Assembly (NCBI GenBank): GCA_009914755.4
Contig: CP068257.2
Coordinates: 42,592,001 to 42,656,000 of the forward strand
Origin: the human T2T-CHM13v2.0 reference genome, Homo sapiens
Length of the DNA stretch: 64,000 nucleotides
Direction of reading: 5' to 3'
The notes under the pieces are model-generated. The model did no database searches and was not told the DNA's origin. It saw only the letters and a list, made by a program, of their open reading frames with translations. Within the stretch, counting starts at the first letter, position 1. Each line of letters starts with the position of its first letter. The position numbers were made by a program, and so were the translations under genes. Positions 1-11,171 of the stretch are shown piece by piece.

Positions 1-132
<132 letters not shown>

Positions 133-513
133 TCAGGTTTGTGCTGCGGTGCCTCGTCCTTATTCCTGGCTCTTCCAGAGGCTGGTGGCTCTTAGGGCTC
201 AGCAGGGCTGCTGCCTGGGACAGGGAGACCAGGGGACCCAGGAAGCCCTGGCTCAGAGGAACTGCATTCTGCCCGCAACAAAGACGGAGTCAAACAAGAA
301 CTCCGGAGTTTGCAGAAGTGTTTCCCTTTAAGGAAACGCTTCTATCCTGTGCAGCAACCTAGGTTTAGGGTCCAACTGTCTCCAAAGGACCACTTGAGAA
401 GCAAGAAGGAGCCTGGTGAGGCTGCTCCCAGTGCCCTGCGGCCAGCAGTCCACACAGCCGGAGAGCCCATCTCTGAGCTGGGCGCCCCATGGCAAAGCAC
501 CCCCTGAACTTAC

Positions 514-554
514 CAGCTCGAAGGCTGCTGAAGAGCAGGAAGAGCAGTCCAGGA
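514..554 (-). CDS. ICOSLG: ICOSLG coding exon 2 (signal peptide: SPGLLFLLFSSLRA + split codons)
   Basis: Minus-strand translation gives S-PGLLFLLFSSLRA-(G). Acceptor is ttttttccag|T and donor is G|gtaagt. The phase joins exon 1 (AG+T=Ser) and continues into D (G+AT) in the next exon, which lies outside the window. Confidence 0.75.
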
Positions 555-2868
555 CTGGAAAAAACAACCAGAAAGGCAGGTGAGGCGGGGCCACCAGGGA
601 GTTACCTGTATCTTCCAAACAGGAACAGGCTGGTTCCCATGAGCAGGAGGTAGTTAGGCCCATCACAGAAATGTGAAGGCAGAGCCAGGAGCCTGCCTGC
701 CTCTGTTCTCCATGGGAATTCGGGGTCCGGGGCCAGGACCACCACCCTCCTGCCCAGCACAGCAAGTCCGAGGGGCTGGCAGCCTCTCACCACTCTCTAG
801 CTCTCGCGGTAACAAATCCCCAGAAACACAGTGATGCTGGCGTGAGGATGAAGGGGAGCGAGGGACGCCAGTGAGGCTGGTCTAGCCTTCCTGGGGACAG
901 ATGCCAAGAAGTTGTAGGAAATCAGAAAAAAAAAAAAAAAAAAAGCTTTCAGGGCACATATAGTAGGAGTGTCACTTAAAATGCTGGGGAGACGGAGAAC
1001 ATCAGGCGTGCCCGTGACAGGGTCAGGTGAGTGACGGGACAGCCCTGTGCGGAACGCGGATCATTTTGAAACCAAACCTGAGCTCCTCCTGTTTCAGATC
1101 CTGCTGCAGCTGGTGCCCCTGCCTCGGGCAGCAAATTCCCCTCGTGACTCCAATGCCCCTGCCATCTTGGGTCTGGGAGCCTTTGCACCCTGCACGCCAC
1201 AGGCTCGCCACCTCCTCCCGCCAGCCCCCAGGATGCCTTCCCCACGTGGGGGCCCTTAGTGGCCGGGACCACTTTGGTAGCAGTGCTTACCCCAGCCCCC
1301 CAAACCATCAGTTTCTGGGGCCAGCTCCCCATGAAGCAAGAGCCCCAGGAGCAGGGACATCTCCCTCTCTGATGTCCCTGCACCTCCAAGGTCTGGGAGA
1401 CGCTCATCCCTCTTCTCTGTGGCCTCTGCCTGGGAAAGCTTGGGGGCTTTGTAAGTCAAAGGTTGGTCTTGTGGGAACCTCCCAGTGGGCTGTCCCTGAG
1501 CCCTGGAGCCACAGAAACCCCTGCCCCACCCACGATGGCTGTCATCTGAGTCTGCATGGAGGTGTGTCTGTGCCAAGTGAGCACACATGCACCAAGGCGG
1601 CCCCTGGCCACCAGGGGCTCTTGAAGTCTGCAGGCGGCCCTTCCTCTCTCTCCCACTCCCCCTGTTGGGGCCACCATTCTGGCTGGCAAGATGGCTGTGA
1701 TGGCCTCCAGCAGGCCCCCTGCCTCCACCCTTAGCCCCTTCAAGCATTTCCCCAGAGCCACCATCTAAACGACAGCTGTGAGAACTCCTCTGTGCCCCCA
1801 TTTGTCTCCCACAGTGCCCATATTCATCACCAGCCCACAAGGCCCCTCCTGTCTATGGAGGCCTCCTCAGGACATCTGGGGGCTTCCTGGGCCAGGGTGG
1901 GGGGTGCCTGCTCCAGGCTGTTTCTGGCTTGTCCCCTCCCTGGGTGCTGCCTAAGCAGCGGCCTCTGTGTCCTTTCCTTGGACCCTCAGCACCCCTGCAT
2001 CTAACCTACCCCCACCCCGAGCTTGCCTCAAGACCCAGCATGGACAGGGCCGCCTACCTGAAGGTGTGGGTGGCGGAGGGCTAAGACATTTGGGAGGGCT
2101 ATGACATTCCGGGACCTTTAAATTCTTTCTCTCTAGGGCAGGATCATAACTGCATACACTTCTAATGGGGAGGGGACCTGGGGAGTGTGACTCCGGTGTG
2201 GCCCAGCTCTGAGCTGTGCGGGAGGCATCCCTGGGGTCAGGGGCCTCACAGGTTCACCCAGGGGAGCACAGGCTGCGGACCCTACAACGTGGGTTGCGAA
2301 GAGTATATTTTGGATATTTTCGCAAAAATCCAGGAGGAAGCTGTCACTCCTGGTTCAGGCAGCCCCGCCTTCCCCAGTGTGGATCGGCTGCCGGGCTGCG
2401 GGGAATCCCACGTGTGTGGGGGAGGGCGTGTCCGCAGACCGTGGGCACCAGCTGGCCTTGGAGAGCGCTCGGCCGGTCACCTCCCTCCTTCTCCCTTCTT
2501 CTAGGAAATCAGCAGTGCCAGGGAGTGGAAGGGGCAGCGCCCGTGCCCCGGCGTGCAGGGTGCGCCCGCCTTCCCTCCCTCCTTCCAGCGTTCGCGGTCC
2601 TCCTTCCCTGGCAGGGACCCCGCCCCCGAGCCCGCCCCCGCACGGCTGTGCGTCCTGCCATGGGTCCCGGTGCCAGGCCCCGCCGCCCACTGCCGTCCAC
2701 GCCCCGCCGGCCGCCCCGGCGCCTCCGCCGCCCGCTCCTCGGACCCGCACTGCCAGCCCGGCACCTCCAGGCGAGCCCCGCAGGCCCCGCGTCCGAGCCG
2801 AGCTGGGGACGCGCGGGCCGAGCCACCCCGCCCCTGACCGCGGCGCCTCCGCTCCTTCCCCGGCTCAC

Positions 2869-2882
2869 CTGCCCAGCCGCAT
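2869..2882 (-). CDS. ICOSLG: ICOSLG exon 1 coding part (ATG CGG CTG GGC AG = MRLG + split Ser codon); the 5'UTR lies immediately upstream at higher coordinates
   Basis: The minus-strand ORF ends ...SARTMRLGR*. ATG CGG CTG GGC AG is followed by the donor gtgagc. It joins the exon at 514-554 to give MRLGSPGLLFLLFSSLRA, the ICOSLG N-terminus. Confidence 0.75.
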
Positions 2883-2886
2883 GGTG

Positions 2887-3000
2887 CGGGCGGAGACCTC
2901 GGGCCGCGGAGACCTCGGGGCGCGGAGACCTCGGGGCGCGGAGAACTTGGGCCGCGGGAGACCTCGGAGAGGAGCAACCTCGGGGCGCGGGAGATCGGCT
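2887..3000. repeat. 16-bp tandem repeat (~7 units; unit GCGGAGACCTCGGGGC on plus, CCGAGGTCTCCGCGCC on the ICOSLG sense strand) directly abutting the ICOSLG ATG
   Basis: Direct reading: gcgggcggagacctcgg / gccgcggagacctcgg / ggcgcggagacctcgg / ggcgcggagaacttgg / gccgcgggagacctcgg / agaggagcaacctcgg / ggcgcgggagatcgg. Confidence 0.8.
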
Positions 3001-4199
3001 CTAACTGCGCTCCCGCAGCGCCCGAGGCTCTGAGCGCCCAGCGCGCGGTGTGCTGGAGGCAGCCGTGTCCCCGCCCCGTCCCCGCCCCGCCCCCGGCCTG
3101 GCTCCTCTGGCGACCGAGACCGCCCCGGGACAGGAGGCGGGGCGCTGCGCGGCGGCTCCGGAAAGTTCGGCTCTGCCCAGGCGTGTGCCCGTCGGCCGGA
3201 GGCGGGACAGAGGCAGGTCGGCCTGTCCGCCTGGACGCGGACCTGGGCGCCGTAGGTGCCCTGGGAAGCGCAGGGGTGGGGGGTACCCGGCAGGAAGGTG
3301 GCCAGGGGTGCTGCGGGTGCCGGCGCAGCGAGGGAGGGCACCGTGGGAGGCAAGGGCCGTTCCCCGCGCCGCGCACAATGCGCCGGTCCTGCGGCCCTCC
3401 CCGAGCAGGAGTCCGGGGACCCAGGCCCCAAGGCTGGGAGAGCGCCAGGCCCCTGGCCGGCTGCGCTCCGATGATCTCCAGGACTTAAGGCGAGTGAGCT
3501 CAGCGACTGCTGAGGAATGAATGACTGAATGAACGCATGCATGAATGGAAGGAGGGAGGGAAAGTGGGCGGGCTCTACCCTCTGGGCCAGCCCCAGCCCG
3601 CCCCCACCTAGCCTTGCTCCCCTAGCCTTCTAGGGGTGTGAAGGGCGCTGGCGCAGCCTCTTTGCTTAACACTGGCTCTGAGGATCCCCCGCCGAGAAAC
3701 CGAGGCAGGCTTGCGGCTCTGGGCTCGTCAGCCTTGGCAGTGGCGTCTGGCCTGGAGTCTGGGGCAGCTGGTTTGGGAAAGGCTGCACCACGCAACCGAG
3801 GGTGGGACCCAGAGTCCCTGCTCCTTCCCCACCGCACCCAGCCCACCCCGCCCTCCCTCCCTGATCCCTGCAAGCCAGGTGAGGCCCAGGGGGGACGTGA
3901 CTCCCTTTCTGCAGAGGCACCTCCGGAAGGGCCTGGGTGAGGCTGCTAGACAGGGCAGCGGGGCACCCTCCTCCCGGAGCCCCCGCCTCTGGGCTGAGGC
4001 TCGGATCCCCACCGCCTCCTGCGCATGGAGGAGGCGAGAAGCGCAGGGAGACGGGGGCCCCAGACGGCACCCCGCAGGCTGCCATTCCTTCAACCAAGAT
4101 GTAGAGAACGCCGTGGACAAAAGCTTTAAAAAAATTCTGAAACCTCTGCCCGTGGGAAGTCAACATTTTTGCGGAGCAGAGAGCCCAGGCACAAAATAA

Positions 4200-5350
4200 G
4201 AAGGCGGAAGAGACGGGCTGGGGGGATAGGGGGGACGGCGGCGGGGAAGGGCAGGGAGGGCGGCGGCGAAGGCGCAGGAAGCCCTGAAGCCGGGCGGCTT
4301 CCCCCTCCCAGGCCACGCTGAGAGACGGGGGTTGGGGGGATTTAAAATCGCGCGCCTGGCAGGGGCGGGGCGGGGGCCACCTGCCCTCCGGCGGGAAGAG
4401 CTGGGCAGGGCCCGCGGAGTGCAGGGCGGAGGCACTGGCGGTCCGCACCCGGGTGAGGTGAGGCGCGTAACCGCATCTGAGCCGGACTCTTTAGGACGAG
4501 TCCCGTCCCTGGAGTCAGAAAACCCGGTCCAGCGCCAGCGTGGACGTGCGCTTCCCGGGACACGCCCAGGGACGCCGGCTAGGACCGGCGAGGCTGGAGG
4601 GGTGGCGATGTTGGGGGCTGAGGTTCCTCGCCCCGGGGCGGGCGGCTGCTGGTAAGGGACCGCATGGCCCCGCAGGTGAGGAGGGCGCAGGTGAGGAGGG
4701 CGCAGGTGAGCCGGGCGGGCTGCGGGCAGCGCCACCTCCTCCCGGAGGCCCTCCCTGATTGACCGGCCGGGAACCGCGCGCCTCTGGGCCTGCGGCTGAG
4801 GTCCGGGGCTGCGCCGCGCCGATGAGCTGACGCCGGGCCGAGCGCTCCACCCCCAGGGCCGGGCGCACCTGAATCCCCTCCACCCGCGGGACTGCGGAGA
4901 GGGGGACGGCCCCCGGATACCGCGTGGGGGCTTTGGGAGGATGGGGAATGGGTCCTGGGGGAGCAGAGCCTCCCAAATTAAGGCCTCCCAAGAGCGCGGC
5001 CGGTCATCCGCGGCGGCGAAGGGAAGGTGCCCTGTCGGTGCGTCCGGACCCCGCAGCCCCCCAGTGCCGCCCGGGGGCGGTGGGAGAGGGGCCGACACCG
5101 CAGGGCCCGCCGTGCTGTGGCCGAGGGGGCAGGTCCAGGCTCTGCTTCCCGGGCAGACGCGGGAGACCCCAGCAAGCCAAGTGCTGCGGGCAGCGCCCCC
5201 CCCCGCCGAGAGAGGGGACGCCGCGTGGAGGCCACAGCCAGGCAGGGGCAGGAAGGCAGCTGGGCCAGAAGGGGACACTGAGGCAGGCCGAGGCGGCCGC
5301 GGGGGAGGGTGCCAGGACCAGCCCAGGAACCTCGGAGACCACGGTAAGCG
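4200..5350. promoter_or_regulatory. Second CpG island 1.3-2.5 kb upstream of the ICOSLG ATG with no gene I can assign
   Basis: GC- and CpG-dense (ggcggcggggaagggcagggagggcggcggcgaaggcgcagg...). It contains a 16-bp x3 repeat (gcaggtgaggagggcg) at about 4665-4715. Confidence 0.4.
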
Positions 5351-6729
5351 GTGGCTGGTTCAGATCCCAACTCCGGAGCTGTGTGACCCCAGAAAGTTCC
5401 TTAGCCCCTTGGTGCCTGCATCCCCTGACGTGTGACATATACATGAATGGGGCTGTTGTAAGTGAACGCACACAGCACACCGGCACATGTGTCACAACAC
5501 TTAGATGGGTTTAGATGAAGAAACAGGGAAACCTTTGGGAAGTTTCCTGTAGTCAAAGGAAGGTTTTCGTTTTCCCCCTCAACCGTGACTGTTTCTTGGG
5601 CCGGCAGGATAGGCTTTTGTTCTAGGGGTGTGGAGAGAGGGCCCCTTGGCAGCGTCCAGGGCCAACTGGGAACCAAGCAGGAATCGTATTTGTGCAGCCT
5701 GGAGTTCGAGGCTCTGGGTGCGAGTCGTAGTGCTTAAGCAGGAAGCAGCTGCCTGATGCCCCTAGCCCCAGGCCGCCCTGCTCTGCCGTTTCGAGGGCGT
5801 GGGGGTCTTCTGATCTCCACCTTGATGCACCTCCAGGCCCGGGTCCTTTTGGGGTCTGGCACAGCAACCTGCGTTTGACAGCATGGGCGTCCGCTGATGC
5901 TGAGAGCTCAACTTCTGGTCCAAGGAAGATCTTTTCTCTTCGGGGAACAGTCATACATTGTTTAACGAAAAGGATACATTCCTTCTGAGAAATGCGTCCT
6001 TAGGTGATTTTGTCCTTGTGTGAACACAGAGTGCACACACTGGCCCTGGTGGCACAGCCTGCTACACGCCGAGGCTGTGTGTCACAGCCTGCTGCTCCAG
6101 GGCCACGAGCCTACGCGGCAGGTGACGGTGCTGAATAGCGTAGGCAGCTGTGACTCACTGGTATTTGTGTATCTAAAGCCATCTAAACATAGAACAGGTG
6201 CAGTAAAAATACCGCGCTGTGATATGGGAGCACTGTGGCATTGCTTGTTGACCGAAGGTTATGTGGTGCACGACTGTATGTTCGTTTCCTGTGGGCGCTG
6301 GAACTAACGACCTCACGCTTGCTGGCTCAAAACAACAGCAGTCTATTCTCTCTCAGCCCTGGAGAGCGGAAGCCTGCCTGGTGGAGGCGCTAGGGGAGTA
6401 TCCTACCTGCCTCTCCCAGCTCTGGGTGGCCCAGACATCCCTGTGCTTAGCTCCAGCAGCCGCCTCAGTGGCCATGTGGCTTCTCTGTGTGGTCAAGCCT
6501 CACTTTGCCCCTCTCTTATGAGGACCTTTGGGATGACACGTAGAACCCACCTGGATGATCCAGGGAGGCCTTCCACCTCAATTTAATCCCGTCAGCAAAG
6601 TCCTTCCTTTGCCACATGAGGTAACATTCACAGGATCCGGGAATGGGGACATGGGCATCCTTTGGAGGGTGGTTCAGCTGAGCATGGGATCATGATACAG
6701 GTCCTGTGTATAAAATTCAAATACTTGGC

Positions 6730-7040
<311 letters not shown>

Positions 7041-7778
7041 ATAGAGAATCTCAAGGTGGTGTGGACAGTTCTGAGTGTTGGGGAGAGAACAAAAGAAGGA
7101 AAGTGCATTTTGGGTGGCAGAAAGCCCCTAACAGAGCCTTGGGCCCCTGCTTTGAAGCAGCCCTCACAGAAACTGACCACGAGTTATGTTGGGCCCATGA
7201 CACTGGTTCCCTGGGTGGACACAGCCTGAGCCCAGCCCGCCCTGTCTGGAGCTCTCACCACCCTGCCTGGCCCGTGCCCATGGGCTCACAATGGCTTCAA
7301 CCCCATTTATGTGTCAGCTCAAGCAGGCCTCCCCAGAGGGCTCATTTGCACTTGGATGCCCTCACCTGTGCTCCCTCTGTGGCTTCAGGAACCCCGGGGT
7401 CATTACAGAGCTTGCTAAATTCATCCCTGGACGTGAGATGTGTGTCGTAAGCATCCAGGACTGTCCCAAGATGGGAGAGGCGTTCAGTCATGTTCACTCA
7501 AGTGAAGTCTTCTATTCTACTTCCAGATACACCTTTTTAACCTTCAAAGGGTCCAATTTTAACCTTTCTTCCACAAAGCATTTTACGTACCACTAATAGT
7601 CCCAGTGCAGACCCCAAAGTTCCCCTGTAAGATTCATTTCCTGTGATTCGAGCACAGCCTGAGGCAGAGCTTTCTGCTGGGTTTATCCTCACTGAGACTC
7701 AGACTGCAGAGGGCCAGGAGGAGCCCTGCTTTTTGCAAGCAATACCACCTGGGGTAGGACCCACAAGTGACATCCTTT

Positions 7779-7945
7779 GTGCGTGGATCTGGCCTTGGCC
7801 TCCGCACCGTCTGTTCAGCAAGTCCCTCCTTTGCCTGCCAAGGCTGAGGTCCTGTACTTTTGTGTGTGGATCTGGCCTTGGCCTCCGCACCGTCTGTTCA
7901 GCAGGTCCCTCCTTTGTCTGCCAAGGCTGAGGTCCTGTACTTTTG
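7779..7945. repeat. Tandem duplication of a ~84-bp unit (gtggatctggccttggcctccgcaccgtctgttcagca…ctgaggtcctgtacttttg)
   Basis: Two near-identical copies separated by ~3 bp, read directly from the sequence. Confidence 0.8.
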
Positions 7946-8457
7946 CAAAGGTCCAGGCTGTTTGGTGCAGCTACAATCAGGGTGCGTGGTTTCTCTATGA
8001 ACGCAAACAGCGGTCTCAAGGGGAAGGCCCCGGCAGAAAGTGCATCATGCGGGACACGGTGCAGGCGCTCCGAAGACGCCTCCTGCTCACTTCTGGCCTC
8101 CACCCCCTGCCCTGCAGGGTGACAGATGGCTGTGCCTACACATAAAACACCAGACGTGACCAATAACTATCTTATAATAAATATACTCGAACTTCTCAAC
8201 TAGAACACAGAAATGCTTTCAGGAAGTACATCGCGCACCACCACGTGTGGTCCTGTGTGCAGCGGCGTGGGCCTCGCCCCGTCCCATGAGCCAGCGTGAT
8301 GGGGGAGAGACCCTGAGTCTCCAGAACCCAACGGAACGTGGGTCTGCAGTGACGACGGAGACGCAAAAAAACAAGAATCCGAAGAGGAAAGAGACAACGT
8401 GAGGAAAGTTGCCTTTGTTCTAGGAAAAGTCTTTTTCTTCACAGTATAGTGACTCAT

Positions 8458-8623
8458 TTATAAAGAGGAAGTGAGTTCTGTTGAAAAATACTTGAAATAT
8501 TCTCTTAGGGGGAGAAAGCAGTTCTTCACCAGCTTGGTGGGCCACTTGGCCGCGAGCTTCGAGCTCTGCTTGTTCTGGGCCAGCAGGGACAATTCTTCTT
8601 CCGAAACCAGAGCCCAGTGCCTG
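8458..8623 (-). CDS. DNMT3L: DNMT3L last coding exon incl. stop (…SRHWALVSEEELSLLAQNKQSSKLAAKWPTKLVKNCFLPLREYFKYFSTELTSSL*)
   Basis: ORF 8458..8670(-) contains this C-terminus. The tandem acceptor is ctctcagcag|CAGG and the stop is at 8458-8460. Confidence 0.9.
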
Positions 8624-10439
8624 CTGCTGAGAGGAGGGGAGGGAAGGTTGTGAGCAAGCGCAGCGCCCACTGGGTGGCCCCGGAGATGGGGCTGGGAAGG
8701 AATCGCTGCGAGGGGGCGAGGGGAACAGCCTGCCTCTCAGTTGTCCCAGGTGCCTAAGACCCCCCCCCGGAACCCCCGCCTGATTCTGGGAGTTTTTCTT
8801 ATGGAGGTGGAGTGAGCAACAGGGGACCAGATGACTCCCTTGCCTCCCGCCTCCCCCGGCCGGGGGCTGGTCCCCTGGGAAGCAGGCTGGGGGTCACTCC
8901 GTGTGAACAGCGAGCTCCAGGGCCATCGCTAGAGGATGTCACCATCCCTGGGCAGCACCCCCGCAGAGGAAAGGACAGGACTCTGGGCAAAAGTTGGCCA
9001 AACCCTCGCAGAGTCAGCGAGCATTCCCAGGGAATTCTATCACAAAGGCCGTCCCCTGGGTTCCTGGGGCTGCCTGTGCCGGGAGCCCCAGCCCTGGGTG
9101 CAGGAGGGCAGGTGGTGAGAGGAAAGGTCCCCTGCCAGCCTGCTGTGAGGAGCCCTTGAGGAAGACGGGCTTTGCAGACTTGGCACCAACACCCCCTCTC
9201 CTGCTCCCAGCCACCCCACTGGAGGCCAGGAACATTTCTCAGTTTATTTTGGGGTGAAGACTGCGAGTGAAGTGCCAGATACAGTGTCCCCCTCCTCCTC
9301 CTCCTCCTCAGGCACCCTCCCTAGGGCAGTGGGGACTGTCCTTAACCATCCTGGGGGTGATGGTGGCTACCTCTGCAAAAGGATTTCTCCTTTCAGTGAG
9401 TGGGTGTCTCTCATGTCACTGTTGAGACACCCAGGAGCCTGGGAGGGAAACCTGTGGGAAGGAACTGCCAGCCTCCTTCTGGGAACCAGGTGACCCCAGG
9501 ATCACGGCTCAGGTGGATCCAGCCCTCGAAACCCTGTGAGGAGCTCTGTGGAGCCTCGCTCAGAAAGGGGGGCTGGGAAGAAGCAGCTGCCAGCCCACAG
9601 CCCAAGCCTGCAGGGGCCACAAGTGTGGCCACTGGAGCAGAGGGAGGTGCCTTTTGTGGAGCAGCAACCCTGGGTCTGGCTGCACCTGCCACTTAAGAAC
9701 CCTGATGGGGCGCTGTTCTCACTGCTGTGTGGACGCATAGAGCCTCCGGGGGCCAAGGAGCCTCTGGGGCCAGGCAGCAGGTGAGGCATGGCCTGTAATG
9801 CACACAGGTGTTGCTGGGTCTGCCCCCACCTTCACCCCCGCTCACCCAGCCCCACAGAGCCTGGCATGGCCTCCCAGGAAGTGACATGGCGGGGAACAGG
9901 CTTAGGGTTAGGGGGAGGCTGTGCGAAGGCTGGCATGCAGGTGAGAGGGCTTCTGAAGAGAAAGCATGCTGGAAAAGTGCTTCGGCTCAGCCCCACCCAA
10001 ACTCAAATCCAGGGGAAGCCAGGCCAGCAAGACCTGCAGGTGCCATGCCTTGGCAGGTGCCAGGCAACAGGATCGTGCCTCGGTGGTGACGTGGGAGATG
10101 CTGGAACCGGGGAGGTGAGAGGGAGTAAGTTTCCAGAACTCACTCTCAGGCAGGAGGAGATCATGACTCAGCTGAGCCAGAAAGCGCTCGTTCCACACGA
10201 ATGCACGTATGAGCGAGGCACGCCAGGCGAGTGTGGGAGTGAGGGGATGGATGGGCGGTTGGCTGGAGGTCGTGAGGTCTGGGCCGCCTGGAAAGGCTGT
10301 TGAGGGGCGGGGGCAGCTGGGAGAGGCTGTGGGGGCAGCAGAAGGGGGTGCTTAGCCGCAGAGAGGGCACGTGGGGAAAGGCCATGTGTTCAAGGCCCCA
10401 AAAGGTGGGGAGGGCAGCCCAGGAGTGCACCGCAGGGGG

Positions 10440-10740
10440 TGCAAGCGTGTGGGTGGGTGAGACTGATGCGTGTGTGCCTGTGTGATTGTGAGCACATGTG
10501 AACGTGTGGATGCAGGTGGTAGTCGTGAGTGTGCTTGTGTGAGCATGTGACTGAGGGAGCATGTGGGTGTGTGGATGAGCGTGACTGTGGGGATGACTGT
10601 GTGTGCATGCATGAGCACACAGGTGTGTGGATGAGCGTGACCGTGGGAATGACTGTGTGTGTGTGCATACATGAGCACACAGGCGTATGGATGAGCGTGC
10701 AAGTGAGTCATGTGAGTGTGGCTGAGTGTGAGCACACATG
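10440..10740. repeat. GT/CA-rich imperfect minisatellite (CATGTG / GTGTGTG units, ~55-bp higher-order unit) in the last DNMT3L intron
   Basis: Repeated units of the form gcatgagcacacaggtgtgtggatgagcgtgac…. It generates His/Thr/Cys-rich ORFs on both strands. Confidence 0.75.
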
Positions 10741-11085
10741 AGCTTGTGGGTGTGCAAGGGAGGTGGGGAGGCCACACGGAATGAAAGCCTGGGGGCTGCA
10801 GCCGATTCAGGGCCAGGCCGCCATGGCGCATATGGGTGTCCAGGGGCTGGACCCCGAGAAGCTGAGAGCCAGTGCTGGAGAAGCTCCCCAAGGGGAAAGG
10901 GGCATCCTCAGGCTTCGGTGTCTTCAGGGTCTCAGGGTGGCCCCGAAGGCCGACCGCAGTCCCACTGGGGCGCAGAGGCTGCTCTGGGCTTGGCTCTGCT
11001 AGACAGACCCCATTTCCTCAGTGAACCCCGCTTCTGGGTCCATGTTCCCCTTGACCCTGAACGCTTTCAGCTGCCCAGGAAATAC

Positions 11086-11171
11086 CTCCTTATGGCTGGG
11101 ATGTTGCTCCACACGCGGACAGCATTCTGCAAGGATCCGCCGTGGACATCTGGGATGGTGACTGGCTCCAT
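11086..11171 (-). CDS. DNMT3L: DNMT3L coding exon 10 (MEPVTIPDVHGGSLQNAVRVWSNIPAIR + AG)
   Basis: ORF 11067..11378(-) contains MEPVTIPDVHGGSLQNAVRVWSNIPAIR. Acceptor is cag|ATG and donor is AG|gtattt. Confidence 0.88.

Larger units (their letters stand above)
2380..3500. promoter_or_regulatory. ICOSLG: CpG island covering the ICOSLG exon 1 / promoter region
   Basis: Very high GC and CpG density. It contains the ICOSLG start codon. The long P/R/G/A-rich ORFs on both strands here are typical CpG-island artefacts. Confidence 0.55.

Noticed and set aside
2216-3542. Several overlapping 200-290-aa ORFs on both strands (2216..3004+, 2377..3033+, 2501..3376-, 2865..3542-)
   Set aside because: They are P/R/G/A-rich low-complexity translations of a CpG island, are mutually overlapping, and come from stop-codon-poor GC-rich DNA. 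Only the last 14 nt of the minus ORF (MRLG…) is real coding sequence (ICOSLG exon 1).
4160-5278. 372-aa minus-strand ORF
   Set aside because: It lies in a CpG island and has a Pro/Arg/Gly-rich composition with no domain-like segments. I treat it as a GC-content artefact.
8100-8457. Search for a canonical AATAAA/ATTAAA poly(A) signal for DNMT3L downstream of its stop on the minus strand
   Set aside because: No canonical hexamer was found on the minus strand within ~350 nt of the stop. The true 3' end is left undetermined rather than guessed.
10161-10891. His/Cys/Thr-rich ORFs (up to 204 aa) on both strands
   Set aside because: They are translations of the CATGTG/GT-rich minisatellite in a DNMT3L intron.
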